Shown here piece by piece: positions 25,196-33,832 of a stretch of DNA of 64,000 bases. The stretch's first letter is position 1, and each line of letters starts with the position of its first letter. Made by a program: the position numbers and the translations under genes. Source of the stretch: a virus; the IMG/VR virus record IMGVR_UViG_3300001750_000005; one strand, written 5' to 3'. The notes below the pieces were generated by a model, which was not told the DNA's origin, made no database searches, and worked only from the letters and a program-made list of their open reading frames with translations.

Positions 25196-25785
25196 TGTAT
25201 TTTCCTTTTTATTGCTTTGATTAATGTTTCGGCAGATACGCCACGGTTCTTGGCATATCGAGAAGCCGCGAAAATTCCCCATTGTTTAACGTGTTTAGCA
25301 GCATATAGGGCATAATCCTGTTTAGTAATCATTTTTCACCTTCAGACCATATTTAGAGCCCTCAACAGAGAGAAAATCTAATAAGACTGGGATACTTTCT
25401 TCGTTTATATCAAGCCATTTTGTTTGCCTGTCTTGTGATATCAACTTTATCTTAACAGGACCAAGGCCGAGGATATTTTCAATTTCATTATCGTAGTACA
25501 TAATTAATCTCCATATTATTCAATTGAGTAATATAACTATAAAGAAATTACCCTTATTTCATCATTAGGATAGAAAATATTAGCAACATCGGTAGCCGCT
25601 AAACGTGTTTCGTACAGCTTGGGAAAGCCTTTCGGACAAACCGACACCCATGATTCACGTCTTTGTAAATCTACCCACTCACAGATCTTAATTTGTATTT
25701 TGTACATGATCAAAACTCACTTTAAAATTCCAGTTTTAATATAATGATTGCCGCCGCACCAATAGCAACAATATACAGGCCGATG

Positions 25786-25989
25786 TTACGCATTAAGCGT
25801 TACCTTACTAGAATCACTTCTTCCGTGTCCTGACATATCATATGTATGATGATCGGCACTAGGATCTGACAAATTATGGCGAGCACAGTACTTAACAAGC
25901 GATTCTGTTTTCCAATGACCACGCAAAGAATGAGCAATTAATTCACCGTCACGGCGTCCACAAACAGTCGTAAATTTGTAATAAGACAT
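25786..25989 (-). CDS. Hypothetical protein (leftward accessory operon)
   Basis: RBS gaggtt, 67 aa. Confidence 0.6.
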   Translation of the reverse strand: MSYYKFTTVCGRRDGELIAHSLRGHWKTESLVKYCARHNLSDPSADHHTYDMSGHGRSDSSKVTLNA

Positions 25990-25996
25990 AATAACC

Positions 25997-26185
25997 TCAC
26001 AAAGTAATGTTGTTAGCTAATTTATCGGATATGAACCCGTCACGATTCATTGATTCGACGAATACGGAGAAGTCGAAGCGAATATCCGGATTGTAATCGT
26101 TATGTGTCGATGTCCAGCCAGAAAAACCAGACCATTGCCTAGATAGCCAGAAAGCGCGACGAACTTGATTAATTGTTGTGTACAT
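25997..26185 (-). CDS. Hypothetical protein (leftward accessory operon)
   Basis: RBS aaggag. Confidence 0.65.
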   Translation of the reverse strand: MYTTINQVRRAFWLSRQWSGFSGWTSTHNDYNPDIRFDFSVFVESMNRDGFISDKLANNITL

Positions 26186-26196
26186 GATTAATCTCC

Positions 26197-26400
26197 TTAT
26201 TTGTATGGTTGATCCCTAAATCCACAGGTATAATCAGGTATCTGATATTGACCAAGTGGCTTAATTGGCTGTAATCCATTTTTAACTCCATCGTAAAGCT
26301 TTTGAACTGCCTCTGATTCAGTATTGACGCCACAAACAAGGTATTCAGATGCAGGGCGCGCGTGAGTTTCTTTTAAAGCCGTATAAACGTGGTAATTCAT
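26197..26400 (-). CDS. Hypothetical protein (leftward accessory operon)
   Basis: RBS agagga. Confidence 0.6.
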   Translation of the reverse strand: MNYHVYTALKETHARPASEYLVCGVNTESEAVQKLYDGVKNGLQPIKPLGQYQIPDYTCGFRDQPYK

Positions 26401-26427
26401 AACTAAAATCCTCTTATGTTGTATGGT

Positions 26428-26637
26428 TTACATGTTTTGTTTTACAATCTTCCAGTCAGTTATTGAAAGACGGGTGCTACTCATTGCTTGATCTCCTTTT
26501 AATAAGGCGTCGTTTCTCTCTAGCCAGAAAGGTGCTGCATAGCCATGCGTAAAGCACCTATCAACATTAGGATTATAAGGACGGTATTTACGCGCCCCTT
26601 TGCGTTTAACATATATCCGGTAGATAAACATAATCAT
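26428..26637 (-). CDS. Hypothetical protein, first gene of the leftward accessory operon
   Basis: GGAGG RBS directly after the promoter. Confidence 0.65.
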   Translation of the reverse strand: MIMFIYRIYVKRKGARKYRPYNPNVDRCFTHGYAAPFWLERNDALLKGDQAMSSTRLSITDWKIVKQNM

Positions 26638-26657
26638 TTCCTCCAGTAGTTAACTAA

Positions 26658-26686
26658 ATATTAGTCTATGAGTTGTAGGATTACAA
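26658..26686 (-). promoter_or_regulatory. Leftward sigma70 promoter of the accessory operon
   Basis: Minus strand TTGTAA-17 nt-TAATAT, then GGAGG and ATG. Confidence 0.7.
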
Positions 26687-26716
26687 GTACTATTGCCAAT
26701 TAAAATCGAGAAATAA

Positions 26717-27052
26717 ATGGAATACACAGTAACTCACAACAGACAGCAACAAATCAGGCGGATGGTCTCATTTGAAGACCAAGTAGAGCTGGTAACAACA
26801 GACTACACCCCCTGGGTAGACTCAAATGGGTCAGTAACAGTAGTAACGGTAACAGTAAAATCAGGATCCGCGACAGTAGCCAACGAATCACTAGCCGCCA
26901 GCGTACATACAATGACAGTATCAACACAGCAAACAGGATCATCAGTAATACAGCTAAAAGCCACCGCGGGAAATAATGTACATGTATCAAACATATGCAT
27001 ACTAACAAAAGACCCAAACTACCCAGTATATGACTATGGTTACTACATTTAA
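26717..27052 (+). CDS. Small beta-rich (Ig-like) putative virion accessory protein
   Basis: T/V/S-rich alternating beta pattern, DYTPW motif; first rightward gene before terS. Confidence 0.5.
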   Translation: MEYTVTHNRQQQIRRMVSFEDQVELVTTDYTPWVDSNGSVTVVTVTVKSGSATVANESLAASVHTMTVSTQQTGSSVIQLKATAGNNVHVSNICILTKDPNYPVYDYGYYI

Positions 27053-27100
27053 CCATTAAGTTAAATATCTTACATATCAATTATCTATAGGTTAATAACA

Positions 27101-27475
27101 ATGCCATTCGTAAAAGGACAATCAGGAAACCCAGGTGGACTTAATTCTGCTGACCGTAATGCAATCGTAAAAATACGCAAAGGTATTGATTTAGCTATAA
27201 ATAAAATGAAGAATGGCAAGACAGTAGGCATCGTGGCATTCCAGGAAAAGATGGCAGAGTCTTTCGAAAATGACTTCTTAGCTACTCTAAAGGCTGTAGC
27301 GCCACTGTTACCCAAGGACATAACAATAGAGTCAGGCGCCTCAAGAAGCGCTGTACAGTACACAGACGACGAGCTGGCTGACATCATTGCTAGTCGTGCA
27401 CGTCAGAAACGTCTTGATAATCAGGTAGTTGAAGCAGAATACACAGAGATAAAGGACGAGAGAGTAACCAAGTAG
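27101..27475 (+). CDS. terS: Terminase small subunit
   Basis: MPFVKGQSGNPGG N-terminal motif and TDDELADI C-terminal motif; upstream of terL. Confidence 0.75.
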   Translation: MPFVKGQSGNPGGLNSADRNAIVKIRKGIDLAINKMKNGKTVGIVAFQEKMAESFENDFLATLKAVAPLLPKDITIESGASRSAVQYTDDELADIIASRARQKRLDNQVVEAEYTEIKDERVTK

Positions 27476-27767
27476 CCAAGAATAATAATCCAATTGAGAA
27501 GCCTCAGTCCTATTCTAAGCTCATTACAGGCACGATCTAACAAGACCCCTACTGTTGGTATAGATTCAAACAGTTAGGCGTATCACAGGGCTTCTAATTA
27601 GGTCAATAAATCTCTGGAGGGGTGGGGTATAGGTATCGTGGGTATGTAGGGAACCTTATATACGGGCCATACCACAATACATTTCTGATATACCCATACA
27701 AATCTCCATATCCCATACATTTATGACGTAAACCCAAATTAAAAATATTTTATAAAAATGAAATGAT

Positions 27768-27833
27768 TTGTCCCACCACATGAGACATGATATTCTCTAG
27801 TGAATGTCCCACATTACACAGGAGAATGTCCCA
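27768..27833 (+). promoter_or_regulatory. Promoter with repeated TGTCCCA operator boxes
   Basis: TTGTCC-17 nt-TATTCT; TGTCCCA at 27769, 27805 and 27827, inverted TGAGACA at 27781. Confidence 0.55.
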
Positions 27834-28189
27834 TGGGTTTAACAGAAGAATTAGCCAGAGTCAGTATCACCAAGACACAGCTTGCCGAAGAGCTTGGAGT
27901 GAATCGTAAGACCGTCCAGAGAATGGGTGAAGATATTACACCTGAAGTGAGAAGGGTTTTAAACGCCGCTAAGGAACCTGACTACAAGTGGCAGGCGGTG
28001 ACAAACGATTTTATGGAAGAACTGAAATCACACGGCAGGGGTGTTCCGGTGAACGGATATGTCCTTGTTGCGAATAAGGATAAGAATTCATTCGGTTCAG
28101 TCGTTTCCGAGAAGGACTGGTTAGCACGTCTTGACTATACCTGCAAGCACGGACGAGAAGGATGGTCTTGTAAGGAGTGTCTTAAATGA
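27833..28189 (+). CDS. HTH DNA-binding protein inserted between terS and terL
   Basis: ITKTQLAEELGVNRKTVQRM HTH; AGGAG RBS. Confidence 0.75.
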   Translation: MGLTEELARVSITKTQLAEELGVNRKTVQRMGEDITPEVRRVLNAAKEPDYKWQAVTNDFMEELKSHGRGVPVNGYVLVANKDKNSFGSVVSEKDWLARLDYTCKHGREGWSCKECLK

Positions 28190-28389
28190 CGTATATGACA
28201 CAAGAAGAAATGGAAGAGTTAGAAACACTCCTAAAATATACGTTAGATGATACCATTTTCTGTTGGAAAGCAACTAGGCTGAACGGGAGTAGCGCGTCAT
28301 TAGCTTGCGATGGAAATATCTCCATACGTTTATTACGGGCGTTTGATGAAATAGCTAAAGAAATAAACACTCAGGAACGCCTGAAATGA
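28186..28389 (+). CDS. Hypothetical protein
   Basis: Coupled ATGA start. Confidence 0.55.
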   Translation: MTYMTQEEMEELETLLKYTLDDTIFCWKATRLNGSSASLACDGNISIRLLRAFDEIAKEINTQERLK

Positions 28390-28760
28390 ACGATATGCTA
28401 ATGAGACTAGACTCAGAAGTACTTCGCCAGGAGAATAGGTGTTGATGAGAAATCCGTAGGTCGATGGATAATCGAAAAACCAATTGCTATGGAGTATCTA
28501 AGATTAGCCTGTCATATTATGGGGGTGTAAGATGATTGTCCAGCATACAATTGAAGTTGTTGTTAAAGAGGGTCTGAAATGAACCCTTTTAATTGGTATA
28601 AAATTTATAAACTGACACTAATATTGGTTAATCTTCGAGAAGAACACGGATGCTCTTGGACAGACAAGGATTTATTTTGGGAGACCTGGGCAAAGATAGA
28701 GGGTCTCATAAAATAAGTGTTAAACCCATACTAAAATTCTTATTTGAACCCTTTAATATG

Positions 28761-28858
28761 ACGGGTACTCCCACTCGACTATTGATAGCGACCACCCGTT
28801 AAAGCAAGTAAATAGTCTGCTTGCTTACCCTATACGCCCCTTAATTGGGGTTTTTTAT
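28761..28858 (+). ncRNA. Candidate small structured RNA / attenuator in front of terL
   Basis: Stems acgggt/acccgt and aagcaag/cttgctt with a 7-bp loop-loop complement gactatt/aatagtc, then a terminator hairpin. Confidence 0.45.
28836..28858 (+). terminator. Intrinsic terminator just upstream of terL
   Basis: gcccc-ttaatt-ggggt followed by tttttatt. Confidence 0.7.
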
Positions 28859-28868
28859 TGAGTAAAAT

Positions 28869-30365
28869 ATGATATCAGATGCAGAAGCCGCAGAAGTCCT
28901 ATTAGAGAGAAGGCAAGCAAGGACTAGTCTAGCTGCGTTTTCTGCCTTTATGAACCCTGCACAGCCTCCTGCACTACATCACAGACTATTATGTGATGCT
29001 CTAGATCAAATAGTAGAAGGTACTCTTACAAGGCTTATGGTTTTCATGCCGCCAGGGTCAGCAAAAAGCACTTACACATCGGTTAATTTCCCGTCTTATT
29101 ATTTGGGAAGATTCCCGGATAAGAACATTATTTCATCCTCTTCAGGCAAGGACTTGGCAACAAGTTTTGGACGTAAAGTAAGAAATATCGTCGACTCAAA
29201 GGAATACGGGACTTTATTTGAAACACGTTTAGCAGAAGATTTAAAGTCTAAGGGTGAATGGGCAACACAAAACGAAGGGTCTTATTTTGCTTGTGGTGTT
29301 GGTTCTAATGTTGTTGGCCGAAGAGGAGATTTAGGGCTTATTGACGACCCGGTTTCTTCTAGAGAAGACGCAGACTCAGAAAACTCAAGAAATAGAACAT
29401 GGGAATGGTACTTAGCGGATTTCTACCCAAGACTTAAACCAGAGGCATCCCAAGCAATTATCCAAACCAGATGGCACGAAGACGATCTTTCAGGAAGGAT
29501 TCTTCCAGCAGACTGGAATGGTGAAAGCGGAGACTTTAAAGGATTTGACGGGCAGATTTGGAAAGTAATCTGTATCCCTGCCCAAGCAAGGGAAAATGAC
29601 GCTTTAGGTCGTAAATCTGGAGATTGGCTTTGGACCGAGTGGTTTAAAGACGACTTTTGGGAAATAACGAAAGCAGTTCAAACATCAAAAGACGTCCGTA
29701 ACTGGAACGCATTATACCAACAAATACCACAACCTGAATCAGGAGAATTCTTCCAAAGAGAATGGTTTAAACGTTTTAATATTGGAGAACAGCCAAAACT
29801 TTCTATTTACGCTGCTTCTGACTATGCCGTTACCGATGGTGGTGGTGACTTCACTGAACACGGAGTCGGAGGTTTTGATTCTAGCGAAAACCTTTATTTT
29901 ATAGACTGGTGGTCAGGCCAAACAAGCCCTGATGTGTGGATACAGACACAGTTTAAGCTTGCTAACATCCACCATCCATTATTGTGGGTAGCAGAAGGTG
30001 GGGTTATTCGTAGAGCCGTAGAACCTTTTCTAACGAAGGCTAAGAGAGACCAAAAGACATATTTTACGTCAGAATGGATCACAAGCGGAGCCGATAAAGC
30101 CGCTAATGCAAGAAGTTTCCAAGCCCTTGCATCAATGGGCAAAGTCTATATTCCTAGCACAGAATGGGGTGACGAGTTGATAAACCAATTAGTAAAGTTC
30201 ATCCCTAACACTAACTTTAAAGACGATAAAGTCGATGTTTGCGGGTTATTCGGACGTATATTAGGAAGGACTTACGGATCAAGGCCTACTCAGGCACCAA
30301 GCCCTAAAATAGTTGACTTATGGGGAAGACCCGTAAAAGACAATGAGAATTGGAAAATAGCATGA
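28869..30365 (+). CDS. terL: Terminase large subunit
   Basis: Walker A-like MPPGSAKS, Walker B LIDDP, QTRWHEDDL, nuclease motifs ASDYA and DDKVDV. Confidence 0.95.
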   Translation: MISDAEAAEVLLERRQARTSLAAFSAFMNPAQPPALHHRLLCDALDQIVEGTLTRLMVFMPPGSAKSTYTSVNFPSYYLGRFPDKNIISSSSGKDLATSFGRKVRNIVDSKEYGTLFETRLAEDLKSKGEWATQNEGSYFACGVGSNVVGRRGDLGLIDDPVSSREDADSENSRNRTWEWYLADFYPRLKPEASQAIIQTRWHEDDLSGRILPADWNGESGDFKGFDGQIWKVICIPAQARENDALGRKSGDWLWTEWFKDDFWEITKAVQTSKDVRNWNALYQQIPQPESGEFFQREWFKRFNIGEQPKLSIYAASDYAVTDGGGDFTEHGVGGFDSSENLYFIDWWSGQTSPDVWIQTQFKLANIHHPLLWVAEGGVIRRAVEPFLTKAKRDQKTYFTSEWITSGADKAANARSFQALASMGKVYIPSTEWGDELINQLVKFIPNTNFKDDKVDVCGLFGRILGRTYGSRPTQAPSPKIVDLWGRPVKDNENWKIA

Positions 30366-31237
30366 CTGACGGATTCGTATATGTAGATGGATTTCCATCA
30401 GACCCTAAAAGCCCTATCATTCAAAGATATTCAGGAGGAGCAAAATCTGTATCTGACTTTTATCTTGAAGTTAAAAAAGGCAATGTCCCAGGACATACTT
30501 TAATCCAGAAATTCGGTTCTTGTGTTTATACAGGAGCCAGTGGATGGAAAGTGATATCGACTTCCCTTACTTACCCCACTCCAACCGCCCTAACAAGTCT
30601 TGAGATCGTCTCAGACAGCATCCAGGACATTCATCCTGACAATGGTGTCGGAACGGGGATGTTCTCTGTAAACGTTTTAGGAATCTCTACAGGATGGGTA
30701 GACGCAGAAGAAATAGTAAAATTAAACGGTACAACTGCTGTTCCTTTATCAAACCAATATTACAGAAACTATAGACTAGAAGGCTATCTATCTGGTACTT
30801 ACGCCTCTCCTGGTGGGTCTAGTCATAACTCAACAATAACCATCAGAGAATCAGGAGCTGGAGCGACATGGTCAAATATCATCTCTGAAACAGGTTTCGG
30901 TTTAGGTCAGAGTGAAATAGGCGTTTATACAATTGCCGCAGGAGAAATAGGGTACTTAATGAACTACAGAGTGGACGTGTCAGACATCGGAGCCAATAAA
31001 GTCGGAGATATCGCTCTTTTTACAAGAGACAATGCAGACGATGTGACAACTCCTTTTACTGGGGTTATGAAGGCTAAATCAATAGCAAGAAATCTTGCTT
31101 CTGGGTCTTCTCTTCCTATTGATCCACGCGCCCCTATACTCCAATTAACAGGTCCGGCAGATATAGGCTTTATGATGGTATCCGCTTCTGATGCAGAGAT
31201 TGAAGTGAAATTTGAGATCATAAAGGTCACATTATAA
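30350..31237 (+). CDS. Conserved phage structural protein of unknown function
   Basis: EVKKGNVPGH...KFG, LNGTTAV and GQSEIGVYTI motifs typical of a widespread phage beta-protein family; lies between terL and portal. Confidence 0.6.
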   Translation: MENSMTDGFVYVDGFPSDPKSPIIQRYSGGAKSVSDFYLEVKKGNVPGHTLIQKFGSCVYTGASGWKVISTSLTYPTPTALTSLEIVSDSIQDIHPDNGVGTGMFSVNVLGISTGWVDAEEIVKLNGTTAVPLSNQYYRNYRLEGYLSGTYASPGGSSHNSTITIRESGAGATWSNIISETGFGLGQSEIGVYTIAAGEIGYLMNYRVDVSDIGANKVGDIALFTRDNADDVTTPFTGVMKAKSIARNLASGSSLPIDPRAPILQLTGPADIGFMMVSASDAEIEVKFEIIKVTL

Positions 31238-33054
31238 TGGCTTCTTTAGAAAAACTAAAATCGAACGTAGAGGACTTTTTAACTAATACAGAATACGCAA
31301 GAATTTTATCTGAGAAATGCCGTGATTATAAAGACCACAAACAATGGACGGCTGAAGAAGCGAACGTAATTAAAAGCCGAGGACAGGCTCCTATTGTTGT
31401 AAACAGGATCAAGCCTAAAGTAGACGGTATTAAAGGGCTTATAATTCAACGTAAAACAGACCCAAAAGCCTTTCCAAGAACACAAAAACACGAAAAGGCA
31501 GCAGAAGCCATTACAGACGGTTTAAGGTTTGTATCAGACAATAATAATTTCGATGATTTAAAAGTAGATGTAGCAGATAACGTTATTGTTGAAGGATATG
31601 GCGCGGTCATTATAGAAATGAAGAAAGCAGGGAAAGATAGGGAAATATCCTTGTCTCAAATCCCATGGGATCGATATTTCTACGATTTTCATTCAAGAAG
31701 GCTTGACTTCCAAGACAAGCGATGGGATGGAATAATCCTATGGATGGACGCAGAAGAAGTAATTGAAAAATTTAATATAGATGCAACAGCAGAAAGTTTT
31801 TTAGAGGAAGGCAGTGGTGAGACATTTGAAGACCGTCCAAGGTGGGTAGATAAGACAAGGAAACGTGTTCGCGTATGCCAGCACTTCTATATAGAGAAAG
31901 GTGTATGGATGATGTGCTACCACACCCATGCACGGTTCTTAATAGACCCTAAGCCTTCTCCATATCTTGATGAATTTGATGAGCCTACTAATCCAATTGA
32001 ATCAGTAGGGGCTTATATTGATAGAGATAACAACCGTTTTGGAGAAGTAAGATTCTGGCTAGATCTTCAAGATGAGATCAATCATCGTCGCTCAAAATTC
32101 CTTCATCTTCTTTCAGTTCGCCAAACAATGGGACGCAGGGGTGCAGTAGCAGACGTTCAAGCAATGAAGCGTGAATTAGCTAAAGCCAATGGTCACGTCG
32201 AATATGACGGCGAGAAGGGAGATTTCGATCTACTTAAGACTGGAGATATGGCAGAAGGTCAATTCGTCCTTTTAAACGATGCAAAAAATGAACTTGACGC
32301 AGTAGGGTTTAATGCCCAAATGTCAGGACAGCGTCAAGGAGACCTTTCAGGTAAAGCTATTGCAAATCTTCAGAATGCTTCCACTAACGAATTAACACCT
32401 TTATTCGCTGGAATACTTAATTGGGAGCGCAGGGTTTATCGTCAGCAATGGATGAGAATGAAACAGTTTTGGGACGAAGAGAAATGGATCAGAGTTACAG
32501 ACGACCAAGAGTCTCTAAGATGGGTAGGTTTTAATCAAAAAATAACACTTCAGCAGAAACTTGAAGAACAAATAAACGACGATTCTCTTGAGTTGCAAAT
32601 AAGACAGGAATCATCCGCTCTTTTTCAAAAGATGATGTCAGAGAAAGACCCTAGACTTCAAAATATTATCGAAACAAAGAACAATCTTGCAGAGCTTGAT
32701 TTAGACATAATGATAGAAAGTGCTTCTGAGTCAATTAATGCACAAGCTCAAGAGTTTGAGTTACTTGCAAATATCGCTCAAACAAGGCCAGAGATACCGT
32801 TTGAAGAGATTGTTAGACTTTCAACCTTTAGAGCTAAGACAAAAGATAAACTTATAAAGAACATGCAGGCTTCACGACAATCTGCATCCGAGCGCCAACA
32901 AGCTTTAGATCAAGTAGGTGCTCAGAAGGTTCAGGCTGAAATAGCTGATAAGTCTTCAGGTGCACAGAAGAAAGAACAGGAAGCAATACAGACACATGTG
33001 CAGACACAATTAATTTTAGAAACTCCGCCTGATAATACAGGCGTAGTAATTTAG
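31237..33054 (+). CDS. Portal protein (P22-like)
   Basis: 605 aa; Y.D..QW...RGQAPIVVNRIKPKVD...DLQDEINHRRSK...SGKAI motifs; long helical C-terminal barrel. Confidence 0.92.
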   Translation: MASLEKLKSNVEDFLTNTEYARILSEKCRDYKDHKQWTAEEANVIKSRGQAPIVVNRIKPKVDGIKGLIIQRKTDPKAFPRTQKHEKAAEAITDGLRFVSDNNNFDDLKVDVADNVIVEGYGAVIIEMKKAGKDREISLSQIPWDRYFYDFHSRRLDFQDKRWDGIILWMDAEEVIEKFNIDATAESFLEEGSGETFEDRPRWVDKTRKRVRVCQHFYIEKGVWMMCYHTHARFLIDPKPSPYLDEFDEPTNPIESVGAYIDRDNNRFGEVRFWLDLQDEINHRRSKFLHLLSVRQTMGRRGAVADVQAMKRELAKANGHVEYDGEKGDFDLLKTGDMAEGQFVLLNDAKNELDAVGFNAQMSGQRQGDLSGKAIANLQNASTNELTPLFAGILNWERRVYRQQWMRMKQFWDEEKWIRVTDDQESLRWVGFNQKITLQQKLEEQINDDSLELQIRQESSALFQKMMSEKDPRLQNIIETKNNLAELDLDIMIESASESINAQAQEFELLANIAQTRPEIPFEEIVRLSTFRAKTKDKLIKNMQASRQSASERQQALDQVGAQKVQAEIADKSSGAQKKEQEAIQTHVQTQLILETPPDNTGVVI

Positions 33055-33062
33055 TTTTACCC

Positions 33063-33110
33063 GCCGCCGGGGTTCCGGGCGTTAGCTGACGACGAGTTAC
33101 GGTCGAGGAG
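33063..33110 (+). promoter_or_regulatory. Two-hairpin leader upstream of the scaffold RBS
   Basis: cgccgccggggttccgggcg hairpin and cgac/gtcg hairpin abutting GAGGAG. Confidence 0.4.
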
Positions 33111-33115
33111 ATACC

Positions 33116-33823
33116 ATGAGTGATTTAGATGAAATGCTTGAAAACGTAGATTCTGTACCAGAAGTAGATTCTGTACCAGAAACCGAAACTGAGGCAGAAA
33201 CAGAAGATGTTCAAGTAGAGGTCGAAGATGTAGGTGAGACGACAGCACCTAAAGATGATTCATGGCAAATGAAGGCGGTACTAGACGAGAGACAGAAACG
33301 TCAAGCGATTGAGTTAGAAAATGCTGAATTAAGGGCAAAACTGGAAACTCAAGAAAAGCCGCAACGTCCAGATATATTTGATGATCAAGAAGGTGCGCTA
33401 TCCCATGTAATGGGAGAATTAAACGAAGCGCGCACAACAGACAAAGTCCTTTTATCTCAAGATATGATGAGAATGCTAAAGGATGACTATCAAGATATGG
33501 AAGATGTTTTCGTAGAAATGGCCAAAGCAGACCCTAAGCTGACATCTGAGATGTTTTCTCATGCTAATCCTGCTCGTTTTGTTTATGAAACTGCACAAAA
33601 GCAGAAAACATATAATGAAATGCAGAATGTAGATGAGTACAAATCAAAGTTAGAAGCACAAATAAGGGGAGAAATTGAGGCCAAAGTAAGACTTGAACTA
33701 GGACAAAGCGCAGAACGTGAAGATAAGAAGTCTCAAGCAGATGTACCGTCATTAGCTAACGCAAGTTCATCCGGTGGGTTCAATACCCCTAAAGATATCT
33801 CTTTAGGTGAGCTCCTGGACTAG
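33116..33823 (+). CDS. Capsid scaffolding protein
   Basis: Acidic N-terminus, coiled coils (VLDERQKRQAIE), located between portal and capsid genes. Confidence 0.8.
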   Translation: MSDLDEMLENVDSVPEVDSVPETETEAETEDVQVEVEDVGETTAPKDDSWQMKAVLDERQKRQAIELENAELRAKLETQEKPQRPDIFDDQEGALSHVMGELNEARTTDKVLLSQDMMRMLKDDYQDMEDVFVEMAKADPKLTSEMFSHANPARFVYETAQKQKTYNEMQNVDEYKSKLEAQIRGEIEAKVRLELGQSAEREDKKSQADVPSLANASSSGGFNTPKDISLGELLD

Positions 33824-33832
33824 GAGAATATA

